NCBI GenBank assembly: GCA_025603075.1
Contig: MU626297.1
Span: 62,001 to 126,000 of the forward strand
Direction of reading: 5' to 3'
DNA: 64,000 bases
DNA from: Neoconidiobolus thromboides FSU 785
Lineage: Eukaryota > Fungi > Entomophthoromycota
Below, in pieces: positions 27,675 through 39,860 of the stretch (position 1 is its first letter; every line of letters begins with the position of its first letter). A program made the position numbers and the translations under genes. The notes below the pieces were generated by a model. It searched no databases, had not been told where the DNA came from, and saw only the letters and a list, made by a program, of their open reading frames with translations.

Positions 27675-30600
27675 ATGAGCGATAGTGACGTGGAAGATTG
27701 TTTTGAGTTGGTCGAATATATGACAAATGCCAACAAGTTGGATTATATTGATTTTTTTGAAAATAATTTGAGGAAATGGTTTTTAAACAATGCAGAAAAT
27801 ACCAATGACTCCAATAGAAGCGAGCTGGTTGACTTTTGTAAAATAAAAGATAACACATTTCAACTGAAATGTCATATATATCCCTCATTAAAAAATAAAA
27901 GCTTTGATAAATCGGAATTTAACCTTGAGGACATTTTAAATTTGAGTTCCAATCTTTTTTTATGTCAACCATTTTTGTACCATCCAGATCCAAATGATGA
28001 GACTAAATTTGATATTTCGTATAACTATGAAGCGAATAATTACCATCGTTGGATGGGTTTTCCTGTTATCCTTGAATTAAGTTCTGAGAATCAAAATCAA
28101 GAAAAGAAGAATGTAATTTTAGTTGAAGATTTGACAAAAAAAGAAGTAAAAGAGAAAAAAGTCAGTCATAACATAGATCCAGAAGCAATAAGTCAATTGC
28201 TAGATACCACAAAACAAGTGCTTAAAAAATTAAAATTATATAACATTCCTTTAGTGCTATCAAATGGGGTTCAGAGTAAAAAAAACTTTGAAGGATTGAT
28301 TTATATAACACTTGATGATAATGCAACAAAATCAACAGAAAGGCATGAAAAGGAATTTATTCAAGCATACATATACTCTAATGCTTCAAGTATAAATCCA
28401 ACGGCATTTTCGGATCTTGAGAAAGTAGTTGATTTTTATAAGGATTTGTCTCGAAGACACTTTAAAGGTAATTATAGGTTTTGATCATTTTATAAGGTTG
28501 AAATTTATTATTTTGACTTTATTTAACCACTATATTTTTATTTATATTAAGTATAGGGAAAGAAATGCAACAATACTTAGGTTGTAAACTCTATATAAGC
28601 GGTGAATTTTTGTATCAAATTAATATACCATCAGATCCAAAATGGAGCGAGATCAAAATGTCATATTGTCAAAAGCCAAAAAATTTAGGCCAAACCAAAT
28701 CAAAAAATGGAAGTATTTCTAAAAGAATAAGTTTTGGGACTGTTATCGAAACTACTTTGCAAAATTCACTTTCATTTATTGATAAAGAAGTTCATATTGA
28801 TAATCATAATTTACAGTGGGGTCCTACATGTGATCCACTAAGATCTTTCCAGATTTTAGCTAGCTTTCCACAAAGTGAATATTCCAGTGATCTTGAATTA
28901 ACTCCAAGTATAGCCAGTTATATTCATATATATGCTCAGTTTAGGGAACCAAAAGAAGAATGGCTTCTATTAAGTAGAAATTTAAAAGATATTATAAACT
29001 CTTGGTCAGATTCAGATAGTAATTTTATGTTTTCTATGGAAAATGAAGAAATATCCCATGTGAGACGTAATTCGAATACCTCTATCAACATATCTTCCCC
29101 ATTGAACTATAGTAAATATTCCATTTCTAAATTAACTGAAAAGATTATACATTCTCTTTTCAATGAAGTAACTTATACATGTACAAAGTCTGTCAATTTC
29201 AGAAAAAGCTCCAATTTGGACGACGTACTATCTACTCCTTATTTAGCCTTTAACTTTTTTAGCTCAAGAGCTGTTCCATATCAATCCTTTCTATGGAAGT
29301 TGATATATAATTGTCTAATTATGGTATCTACTTCAGATGATTATAAAAAGTTAGATTTAAATTCAATACTTAGGGCAGCATGGAATGAGATAGTTCGAAT
29401 GTTAAGAAGTTATTGGGAAAACAAGACAATTATTCCAAATGTAAATACTCCACATAATGAAGGAAAATATGAAGTCGATCTAAGATTTAACATTTTACAC
29501 CAAAAAATATCAATGTTAAATTATTGCATTGATCGCTCTAATAAAAATTTCTTTCAAACACCTAAAAATAAAAATAAAATTAAAGAAGCTGATAAAAGTA
29601 ATTCAAACTCATCATCATTTCCATCAAATTTTAGAAGGTTAAGTAAGCGCGAGCCAATTTCTGATTTAAGCCATGACCCCTCACCTAAAGGTCAATTTGT
29701 TAAAGGTGATATATCTTCACTACAATCATTCTGGAACGATAAAATTCAAACAGAACAAAAGGAAACGAATAGTAATGATATCAATAACCAACTCGAAGAA
29801 AATTTAGGCTCTTTATCTATTTCATCCAAAAGTTGTAAAAGTTTAGCATACAATGCTTTACAGGGTTCTCCTGAGCTTGTGTCTCCACCAAGTAGTTATC
29901 CAGTAAATTTGATCATTTTTTGGATACTAAATATATTACTAAATTTATTCTAGAAAGACTCTATTGACTCATACACTGAAGATATAAAATATCATAGTCA
30001 AAATATAAGCGAAAAAGAAAGTTCATTTGAGAAAAAATCATTCCCAGTACCAGTTAATAAAAATGGACATAGTCATAAAGTTTTTAATCAATCAGTGGTA
30101 AGAGAAAATAGCTTAGCGGCAGAAAGCTTTGTACAATTACATTGTCCTTCGAGTATTAGTTCATATAACTCGGTTTCTGATATTGTATTTGCATCAGCTT
30201 CTCCAAAAGTTAATTCAATAGGAAAACAATCCAGTAATGTAATGAATAATGAGCCTCAAGGGAGATTGAAGGTTTTAGAAAGCTGTAGGCTTTTAAAGCA
30301 TGATGAGCCAATATATATACCCATAACACAGGTAATATTTTATACTTTTTTATCTTATGACCATATAGTAATAAATTTTAATAGGACCCTGGAGTAATGT
30401 CAGAGGACATGCTGCTAGATCAAGCCCAGCTTTTTGAAAAACTAGGAACCTCAGAGACTGGCGCGAGAAGAAGAGCTCAATTACAAGGAGCCCAGTTACT
30501 TTCTGGTAATTACTTGAAATATTATTTGAAACAACTTTTAACATTATATTAAGATATGGAGGCATTCAAAGCAGCCAACCCAAAATCGTGCTTAATTGAC

Positions 30601-31737
30601 TTTGTAAGATGGCATTCTCCTAGAGATTGGGTAGTAGGCGATAAAGATGATAACGTTATGACTGAATCAAGAGTAAAAGAACTTAATGGCAAGCTTTCAG
30701 CAAGAATGGAAAATCCAGACAATCTTTGGCAAGAATTATGGGCTGTAAGTTGAATTTGATATTATACCAATTGTAAATAATATGACATAAAAATATTAGA
30801 AAGCAAAGCCAATTCCAGTATATCTTCAAAAGCCTCTTTTCGACTATATGTCTGAAGGAGAAAAGGTATTTAATAGTATATATAAAAATATAATTCAAGT
30901 TGACTCAACAACTAGGCTTTGCATTATATTGAAAATATTTCAATAGAGGATTTGTATCATCTGTGAGTATTTTAATTTCTTTATACTAACATATTAACTC
31001 TTATAAGTTTACTACCAACTATATTTTTAATTACATATGATACTTTATTGAACAGTATTCCAAAAGAACACTTTACTGGATTAAAGCACCTCCAAACTAA
31101 GATAAATTCGTTTGGGAATGAATTGATGGGGTTCCCTTGGCAACATCAAGAGTAACCCTTATTATTTTTTATAACTTTCAAATTAATTATATGATTAAGT
31201 TTGGATTACCATGAATTTGATAATATATTAGACGACATTAAAGATTTGGAAGTAAATTTTGGAAGGGCCATATCACTTATAAATAAGGTATAATCTATGA
31301 TCATTAAAGTTTAAATTATTAATATAATTATAAGCTTGGAAATCATTATAAACTGATTGAACTCCTTCTAAATCCACCGTGTGGATCTCCAGTATTGGTG
31401 AAAGAAGGGGATGAGAGAGAATCAGTAATGAAGCTATTTAATAATACAAGGCAAAATTCGTTCATTCCACCATTAGGTAAGCTTTTATTTTTAAAGAAAC
31501 ACCATTAATAAAACATACATTATAGCGCGCTTTGAGCCAACTTTAGCCCCAAACATCATGCAATTTAACTTTCCACCTCCTTTGAAACGAGAGCTAATAG
31601 TAGAAAACCGTGCACTTCCATTAGTTTCAACTCATCAATTAAATCATGGTGATAATTGGCATAGGGTATACTTTAGTTTAGAAGGCTCCAATATGAGAGT
31701 GACAGAAATGTTTTCAATATCAAACAACAATCAATAA
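27675..31737 (+). CDS. RAB3GAP1: Rab3 GTPase-activating protein catalytic subunit (Rab3GAP1/Rab18-GEF subunit), multi-exon
   Basis: N-terminal DCFELVEYMT...FFENNLRKW; FNILHQKISMLNYCI; IYIPITQ|DPGVMSEDMLLDQAQLFEKLGTS...RAQLQGAQLLS|DMEAFKAANPKSCLIDFVRWHSPRDW; LSARMENPDNLWQELW; KPIPVYLQKPLFDY. Confidence 0.92.
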
Positions 31738-32365
31738 TTAATCTACGATAATTATTATAATATATGATCTAATATATTATTCAATAATTAAATTCATTAA
31801 AAATTACATTGAAGATCTCTGAGGATTGGATATTCACGGCTTTATTTATTATTTTTAATGTATTTCCAAAATTCAATTGTTAGAATAAATTTAACAATGT
31901 CCAAAATAAAATGCATTATTAATAAATTATCTTATGGTTTAATTAACGTTATCTACAATTTGCATTTATCTCAAATCAAATAATAAAACATAAAGATGTA
32001 AAAAATAATATCATTTCTAGATTAAGAAACTATAGTAGCCATTTTATTATGTCACAATTATTCAGAAACAGCTTAAAATTAAAATTTAATATAAAATATT
32101 ATAAATTGAGTAAAATATGATAGCTTGATAAAATAAGTAGATGTATAATATTCACTGTTATTATACAATAAGGCTAAACTGTATTTCTTGAAAAAGTAGC
32201 TAAGCATAAAAATACAAATGCTTAAAATTTTAACTTTGTCTACTTTATTATGACAATAACTTGAAGTGTATCTTTTATTCAATAATATAAAATAAACAAA
32301 TTTTATATATTTATAATAAAAGTTCCATTATGATTATTACGTAGAGCTAATTAAAGAATTGTTAG

Positions 32366-32403
32366 CCAATTTAACTCAAAGTTTGTTAGAATATTATGAT
32401 TGG
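32366..32403. promoter_or_regulatory. Paired CCAAT boxes upstream of TAF3
   Basis: AGCCAAT (CCAAT at 32366) and GATTGGCTA (ATTGG at 32399), ~33 bp apart and ~105-140 bp before the ATG. Confidence 0.35.
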
Positions 32404-32506
32404 CTAATAAAAAGCGTAAATATTTTACTTTTAATTTTTGCTTCCTTCTGTCTTTAGAAATTAAAGAATTTATTTATTTCTATCTTAATTTTAATAAAAA
32501 AGGTAA

Positions 32507-34417
32507 ATGTCTGATTCATTTCACAATGAATTGGTAAGGAGAGCAGCTGCTCGAGTATTACAACAGCAACAACTAAGACGTGGTATCCCTATTCCAACGG
32601 CCTCAGAATCAACGCTTGATATTTTATCGCAAGTAACCCAGCTTTATTTGTCAGAAATGTCATTTGAAGCTAAGAAGTTAGCAGAAATATCTGGTCGCAG
32701 TGAGCCAAACGCATTTGACGTTATTAGCGCACTTGAAAACAATTCAGTAAATATCAATGATCTTTATACATTTGGTATTCATAATATAAGGTTAAATAAG
32801 ATTGCTTCAATGAGCGTTACAAAGGAAACAATTCAAGGTATTTTTTTAGCTATGAAAAATTAACTTCGTTTAATTTAAATTTTAGATAAAAAAGTTGAAA
32901 AAGGCAAAACAATCTATGAATTCAAAGATATAAGTAGGAGTGATGGTATAGAGGAGCTTATCCTTGAGGAAAATAAAAGGATTTTGGAGGTTACTATACC
33001 AGATTTAGTTGATGAAATAATTCCAATTAATACTCCTGAAGATAATATCGAAAATTTCCTACCGAATAAGAAGATTGATACTCAGATGGAAGCAAGTATA
33101 AGTGAAGAGACCCCTAAACCAACTCCATTCTCCAATCCAATAGTTCCAAAAAATAATGAACTCCCCATTAACCGAATAAAACGCCAAAATTCAGTTTTTC
33201 AAAAACGAATCAACTTTAAAGATCATCTTAACTCACATCCATCAATTGGTATAGACGCAGAAAAAGTATGGGAATCTCTTTTAGAAAGAAGAAAAGAGTT
33301 AGACAATGATAATGATGTCAGAAAAGAGATTTCTATTGTTGCACAACATGACGATTTCTATAAACGTGCCTATCAACGCTTAAAAGGCGACAAAACTGAT
33401 CTTGCAAAGTTCAATAAAGAAAGCCCGTTCAACTCATGCCTTCAAAGCATTGAACCACCTATAAGTAATCCTCCTACGGCTGGTGATGACATCATCAGCT
33501 TTCAAACTCCACTTAAAAAAATATTTTCTGAAACCGCTCTTACTTCCACACAGTCGAAATTCTCAGTAGTAGCGGAAAAGCTTTCAGAGAATGAATTTAA
33601 ATCATTAAGTGAAGCCCCCTTTCCTTCATGGTTGACGCCAGAAGAAATTGAAAGATTGAAGCCACTACCGCCCAAGCCACAGCTACGTTTAATAATTCCA
33701 ACAAATGCAATTCCTTCAGCTAACGGGACATCAAAAAAGGCTTTTAAAGCCCATGAAAAGGAGGATCACCAATTTAAGTCTGAAAATTTAAGCAAAAAGA
33801 ATAGCATAAATCTAAAGAAAATACATTTAACAAGTCAAATTCAGAACACGAAAAATGGTTCTAAAGTAATAAAAAAAGGTAATGTAGAAATTAAAAAGAA
33901 GCCAGTCATTATAAATAAACAACACAATTTAATTAAAACTAATCTTCACGACAAATCCTCTTTAAACCATACCCCAAAGAATTTCAATGGTAAGGATTTT
34001 AAGAAGAGCTTACCTCCCTCTCAAGGAAAACTCAACCGTAATAAAGGCTCAATGGATACTATGTCACCTATAGAAGAGGAGGTTCAAATAAGCTCATGTA
34101 CAACTAGCTCAACTGAAATAGATCCAAGAGGTGGATCCAAAAATGTTAATGATATTACATCACCATCATATTCAAAAAATAGACTGTCTACTTCAAAAAG
34201 CAAGTCAAAGGTTACATTCAACTTAAATAGTGATAGCTCAAATGTTGTATTAAAAAGTCCAAAGCCCAATAAACTTCCAAGGAGACCCTCTATATTACTT
34301 AATAAAGAAAAAGATATTAAAAGCGTAAACCACGTAAGGCACCGCCTTCCTCCGAAAGATTCAGACTATATTGGCGACCCCGCAGAAATATCACCTTACT
34401 CATCATCAGATGATAAC

Positions 34418-34461
<44 letters not shown>

Positions 34462-34960
34462 CCCTGTCCTAGAAAAGCCTACTTTACCAAAAATAACATT
34501 TAAGCTTAACTTAGGAAGCACTGATGGAAAGCAAAAGCCTGTAGTGCCTAAAAAAGTACCCTCTGGTAATAATGAATGTGTGACAAATGATAATCAACTT
34601 AAACCTAAAGTAGCAACAAAAGCACCAAAGATTGAAAATATTACTGGCGATATCCAGCCCATCTACACACCAGTCGTAGACTTTACTCGAGGTTATGACA
34701 ATGTAACTGAGGATGCTACTAACTGCTTTTGCGCTAATTTCGCTGCAAACGATGGGTTTATGCTTGCATGTGATGAGTGTAACCAGTGGTTCCATGGTTT
34801 ATGTTTGAATTTTCCAACCGAGAGCGACGCTCCAGAATATTGGACTTGTCCTCGTTGTATTCGTCGTAAAAAGTTGGCTAGTAAGAAGAAATACAGGGGG
34901 GAATCTAATACTGAGCATATGCATAAGCGTAAAAAGGGCAAATATAGTGAATCATTTTAA
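32507..34960 (+). CDS. TAF3: TFIID subunit 3-like: N-terminal bromodomain-associated (BTP) histone fold plus C-terminal PHD finger, 2 exons
   Basis: FHNELVRRAAARVL...SESTLDILSQVTQLYLSEM...AEISGRSEPNAFDVISAL (BTP). NCFC...DGFMLACDECNQWFHGLCL...APEYWTCPRC (C4HC3 PHD). Intron ~32839-32886. No TAF8_C motif recognised. Confidence 0.75.
34418..34465 (+). repeat. (GCTCCT)n hexamer repeat encoding (Ala-Pro)8
   Basis: APAPAPAPAPAPAPAP in the TAF3 linker. Confidence 0.9.
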
Positions 34961-35198
34961 ATAATCAATTAGTTTAATTGGATCTTATTTTATGGTGTTT
35001 ATCATTCCATTCATTGTTTTATATTTTAATCTACTTGAGTTTCTTAAATAATATACTCAATAAAGCTCATCCAGTTTTGAATCAATTTTCTTTACATATT
35101 TTTAAATCTAACGGTTTCAAAGTAAATAATTTGGGTAGTTAAACAAGTCGATTAGATAAGACAATATCTCTATAATCTTAAACATTAAACTATAAATA

Positions 35199-35307
35199 TT
35201 AATTGAATGTATTTTTTTTGGCTTTATCACTTTTTCCGTTTTTTAAGTGCTATTTGAGCGGAAAAGTCCTTAATAAAATCCTTAAACACAAAAATATATC
35301 CCGAGTT
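35199..35307 (-). mobile_element. MITE-like dispersed repeat, copy F (degenerate ends)
   Basis: Core TTTTAAGTGCTATTTGAGCGGAAAAGTCCTTAATAAAATCCTTAAACACAAAAATATATCC matches the other copies. It lies between the convergent TAF3 and MEMO1 genes. Confidence 0.6.
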
Positions 35308-35382
35308 ATTTTAAACAAAAATCAGCAGCATCATAGACTTAAGCATGTACTTAATATTTGGAAATATTAGCTCATAACACCA

Positions 35383-36681
35383 TTATTTATTTAAGGTGAT
35401 AGGATTGAAAACATAACCAGCAGCATAAGAGACAGAAGAATCACGTTTTGAAGTAATTTGAGAAGATTGAGCATAGTAGATAAACTTCAAAATTGGCACC
35501 GAACCAGAATATTGACCATCGGTAATACCTTGATCTGAGATAGGATTACGACTAATTTTAGGGAAAGTATGTTCTAAAATAGCTAATAAAATAGAGATAG
35601 GATGCCTTCCGCAAATAGTGTTCCCAGTTGTTTGTAAGTATTGTTTAAATTGGTCAAAATCAATAGCTTCAATAATATTCATCCCTTCACGATCAAGGTT
35701 TTCTATAGCCTCATAAAGCTTAAAGGGTCTATTTGTACATGTATCAAAATCATCAGGGTCAGAACTTGGTGTCTTTGAACTGGAATAAAATGTATAACTG
35801 AAACGTGAGCCCCTATTAATTTTAATATATATTCTAATTTTAATGTTATTATTTACCAATGACAAAAATCAGATGATATAACAAACAAGTTGCGGGACTC
35901 TTTGAAATAAGGACTTAATAACTCACCATACTTTTTTTCTAAAGAACTGTTTATACTTCCTACCATGATGGGTATCAAAGCTACCTCATCAATACTAACT
36001 GTAAGTCAAGTCAAAATAAGGTATATAAAGTTACCGATCTTCAAAAATCTTATAAAGGTAAGGAAGCTGCATTTCTAAACTATGTTCTTCTTCATCAACA
36101 GTTCCATCTAAATATGAGAAATGTTTGCTATCAGCCAATTCCTTATTTACTTTAGTTTTGTTAGCAACTGTAAATTAAGTATAATTAATAAGTTATCTAC
36201 TTTCTAAATCTATTTTAATATCCCCTAATGGTGTTGAATAATGTTTAAAAGGACTTAAACGACATTCTTTGAAATAAGAGTGATGGGATGGCCCCAAGAT
36301 GAATATTTTATCACTTTAAATTATTAGATTGAAATTTAGTTTTATATGTGAACTTTACAATTTTGTAATGTCAACACATTTAAATGCATGGGCTGCTGTT
36401 TCTCCGGAATAAGAATATCCAGCATGTCTATTATTAATTAAAATAAAATTATTATTTAGCTCCAACTCAACTTACGGCACAATGATAGCAGTAGCACCAT
36501 TGACGGGAATACTTATACTTTCTTCAGTAGCACTTGGCACTTTATCTAACCAAGTCTGTAATTGATTTGATAATACAGACTCTTAAGGATCTTATTAGCT
36601 TTAGGTTAAACATAGATAATGTAAAATACTGCTATCGCTGTACCAAGAGCCTGAATGTGTTGCATACCTTTTTCCACTCAT
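35383..36681 (-). CDS. MEMO1: MEMO1/Mho1 family protein, multi-exon
   Basis: RYATHSGSWY; AIIVP|HAGYSYSG; IFILGPSHH; DEEEHSLEMQLPYL; FVISSDFCHW|GSRFSYT; TGNTICGRHPI; YAQSS...DSSVSYAAG. Confidence 0.96.
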
Positions 36682-37553
36682 TTTATTAAAAAACGATATT
36701 TATTTTTGCTTACATCACAACTTTATTCATTTGGTTAAATTGTGCATTTTAACATATTTATGTTGAAAATAGGGATAGCCAAAATAGGAAATTAAGCTAA
36801 TAAAACAAGCTTATAGTATCTAATGTAAAATATAATTTTAAAATAAAATAGTTTATTGATCAAAAAAGCTAATCGTATTAATATATAGCCATAGAACAAT
36901 GATATTAACCTTAACTAAAAAAAAATTTACAATACAAAGTTAATTTATCCCATTTGTTTTATTGGAATTAAGGAACTAACTTAGGATCTTCTGTTGAACA
37001 ATTTATATTTGAAGAAACTCACAAATTATTTCATTTCTATACCAAGTAGTTAACATATACATGTCTGGATCGAGTGGTAATTTTTTATTGTGCTTCACTT
37101 CATTTCCATCTATCGATCTTATCTAATTTTTAATATATCTTGTAATAGTTATCACAATGATCTAAAGTTTATGATAACCTAGAGAATGTTCATGTTTAAA
37201 AGTTCCTTGAGTAAGGTCATAATCAATCATCTTTTATATTTAGTATTATCGATGTAACCATAAGGTATGAGTCCCTTTTTTCTTATCGTTTTTGTTGTTC
37301 TACTTTCAATCAATTTGTTTCTAAATTATTGAACTTAAATAGCAAGTAAAAATAAACTTATGTAAACATTCAATAGTTGTATTATCATATTATTTTTAAC
37401 ACACTATTCTATAAAAATAGGTTCGTTTTTTTGCATTAAATTACTACTCCAATCATAGTCTAAACTTTAACCTTAAATTTACCAATTTAGCAAATTGATT
37501 TTTCATTTTTTATTCTAATATTTGTAAAGCAAGTCAATTATATTTATACTACA

Positions 37554-39804
37554 ATGTGGAATGTATCCATTATAGTCAATATTATTATAATCAAACTAAT
37601 GATAATTTAAAGGCTTTAGAATTTTTAAGAAAAAAAAATGAAAAAAAGAAACAACAAGTAAGTGATACTCAAGTTAATCCTAGTACTGTAGATGGAGAGA
37701 ATGAAAACCATTTATCACAAAGTATTGTTGGAACCCAAGGTAATAAAAAAATAAAAATAAAGATAATAACATAATAACAAGTTTAATCGAACAATTATAG
37801 TTAGAGATGAAGAGGATGATTTTTTGGATTTCTTAAATGATATTAATAATGATGAGCAAACCACAATACAAAAGAAAAAAGAGAAACAAGTGGTAAATGA
37901 AGTTGATTTGAGCTTTTTAGACGAACTTCAAAATGAAACTGAGTTAATTTTAGCACCAAATACAGTTACTAAGAAAATAGAGCAATCAAACATGGATTTA
38001 ACAAATGAAATTCAATGTAATAACAAAAATGATGAAGAACGTAATAGTACAATAGATAATGATATTTTATGTATTCAAAATAATAAAAGTAATCAAAATA
38101 ATCAAAATACAAATAATAAAAGTACTCAAGCTCCTTTTATAAAAAACAAAACGATAGAAACAAATACTATTGTATATTTAAATCAACAAAAAAATAATAG
38201 TAGAGACCCTAACACTTGTTTTAATAGCAATACAAATAATTTTAATAGCAATACAAATAATTTTAATAGCAATACAAATAATTTTAATAGCAATACAAAT
38301 AATTTTAATGCTGATGATAAAAAGGAGCAAACAAAAAGGGATAATCAATCTGATACAGAGAGCGTTACAAATGTAGAATTGAAATTGAAAGAAAAGTTAT
38401 TAAAATTTGCATTTACAAATAAAAAGAATATTACTGAAGATACCACTAAAAGCATAGAAACCAACAAAATTTTAGATAAATTACCACTAAGTCAAAATGA
38501 TAGCCAAAATAGGCTTCCAATTAGTAGTAAGATAAATCCCAAGGTTGATACATATATATACAAAAATAATATTTCGAAGTCAAGAAGTATAGACGTCAAT
38601 AAATTAACCCAAAAGAGTTATCTTAATATAAATAAGGATATATTAACCCAGAAAAACAATCAAAACACAAAGGATGATATATCAAGTCAAAGAAGGGAAG
38701 GTAGTGTAAACAATAACACATTAAGTCAAGAGGAACATTTTGATATAAGCGAGAACATATTAACTCAAAGAAGTAGCCAAACCGTGAATAAGAACACATT
38801 GACTCAAGAAGGTCATCCCAATATAAATGTGGATATATTAAGTCAAAGAAATCAAAATAATAATTCTAACAGAAGAGAAACTATTTCAGTTAACGAAAAT
38901 GTAACACAAATAAATGGAAATCAAGGATCAAGGACACCTAAAAGTAGCAATTACAATAATAATTCTCAAATTAGTAGAAATGCCTCCAGCTTAGGCTACT
39001 TTACTAGAAATAATATCAACTCAGATTTGGATGAAAATGATACTAGTTTCCAATCAAATATTATTAAACTTGATAACAATGATATTTCTAAAATGAATTT
39101 AGATTTACCTTATTTAAATGGAAGAAAGAGACCGCCTGGACCTGCTGGATTATTGTCATTAAAAAAATCAAAAAGACTAGAAAGAGAAAGAAATGGTATT
39201 GTTGATGAGTCATACAATGAAGAGTTAGTTGGTCAAGACTTGTTTTTTCAAACAAGTACATGGATCCATTTTTTAAAATCGAATGATTTCCCAGAATATT
39301 TACGTAAGTTTCTAATATACTATAACATATTTTATTGAATGCTAATATTTATTTAGCATCAAATTATTTGAAGTTTATACTTTCAAACAATAATGAATTT
39401 AATGGAATATTAACCCATTCCATTTCAAGGATATTTAAAGGTGAGTATCAGTTTGATTTAATGATACCAAACTTGGCTGTTGTGATAAAACAAATTATTA
39501 ATAAAGATGACCATGCTAATGTATTATTAGCTGATCCATCAGGTAATTTATAATAGTTAGGTAATATTAAAAAGAAGCATTAGATTAAAATTTAGGGGAA
39601 ATACAGGGCTCGATTGAAAAGAAAATATTTAAAAGACATCGAAAACTGCTTTGTAGTGGAGTTACCTTAATATTAAAAGATACTCCTATTATCTATATCA
39701 ATAATAAGACACAGTATATAAGTATCACTTTAGATAATATGGTTGAATATTTTATATTTTCAAAAGAAAATCAAAATGATGCTGAGCGAATTACTATAAA
39801 ATAA
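37554..39804 (+). CDS. HROB: Homologous-recombination OB-fold protein (HROB/MCM8IP/C17orf53, DUF4539), multi-exon
   Basis: Long low-complexity N-terminus, then RKRPPGPAGLL (compare the HROB PGPAG motif), then an OB-fold: IPNLAVVIKQI...ANVLLADPS|GEIQGSIEKKI...SGVTLILKD...YISITLDNM. Confidence 0.8.
38220..38309 (+). repeat. 21-bp coding tandem repeat (TTTAATAGCAATACAAATAAT) x4, encoding FNSNTNN
   Basis: Four exact adjacent units with no spacers, inside the HROB ORF. Confidence 0.92.
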
Positions 39805-39860
39805 AAGCTAGTTAATTTAAAATTATTTCATTAGTTGATTTTGATTTTAATTGTTTTTAT

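Noticed and set aside
36960-37440. Possible small minus-strand gene between MEMO1 and HROB
   Set aside because: Protein-like fragments exist (KKGLIPYGYID, IRSIDGNEVKHNKKLPLDPD), but I could not build a stop-free spliced model or recognise a family.
37563-37612. HROB intron 1 (GTATCCAT...) as a U12-type minor intron
   Set aside because: The donor differs from GTATCCTT at +7, the branch site is U2-like (ACTAAT), and there is no TCCTTAAC.
38220-38309. CRISPR-like array (also the 15-mer repeat at 23286-23342)
   Set aside because: The units are directly adjacent with no spacers, the 21-mer is in-frame coding sequence, and the context is eukaryotic with no cas genes.
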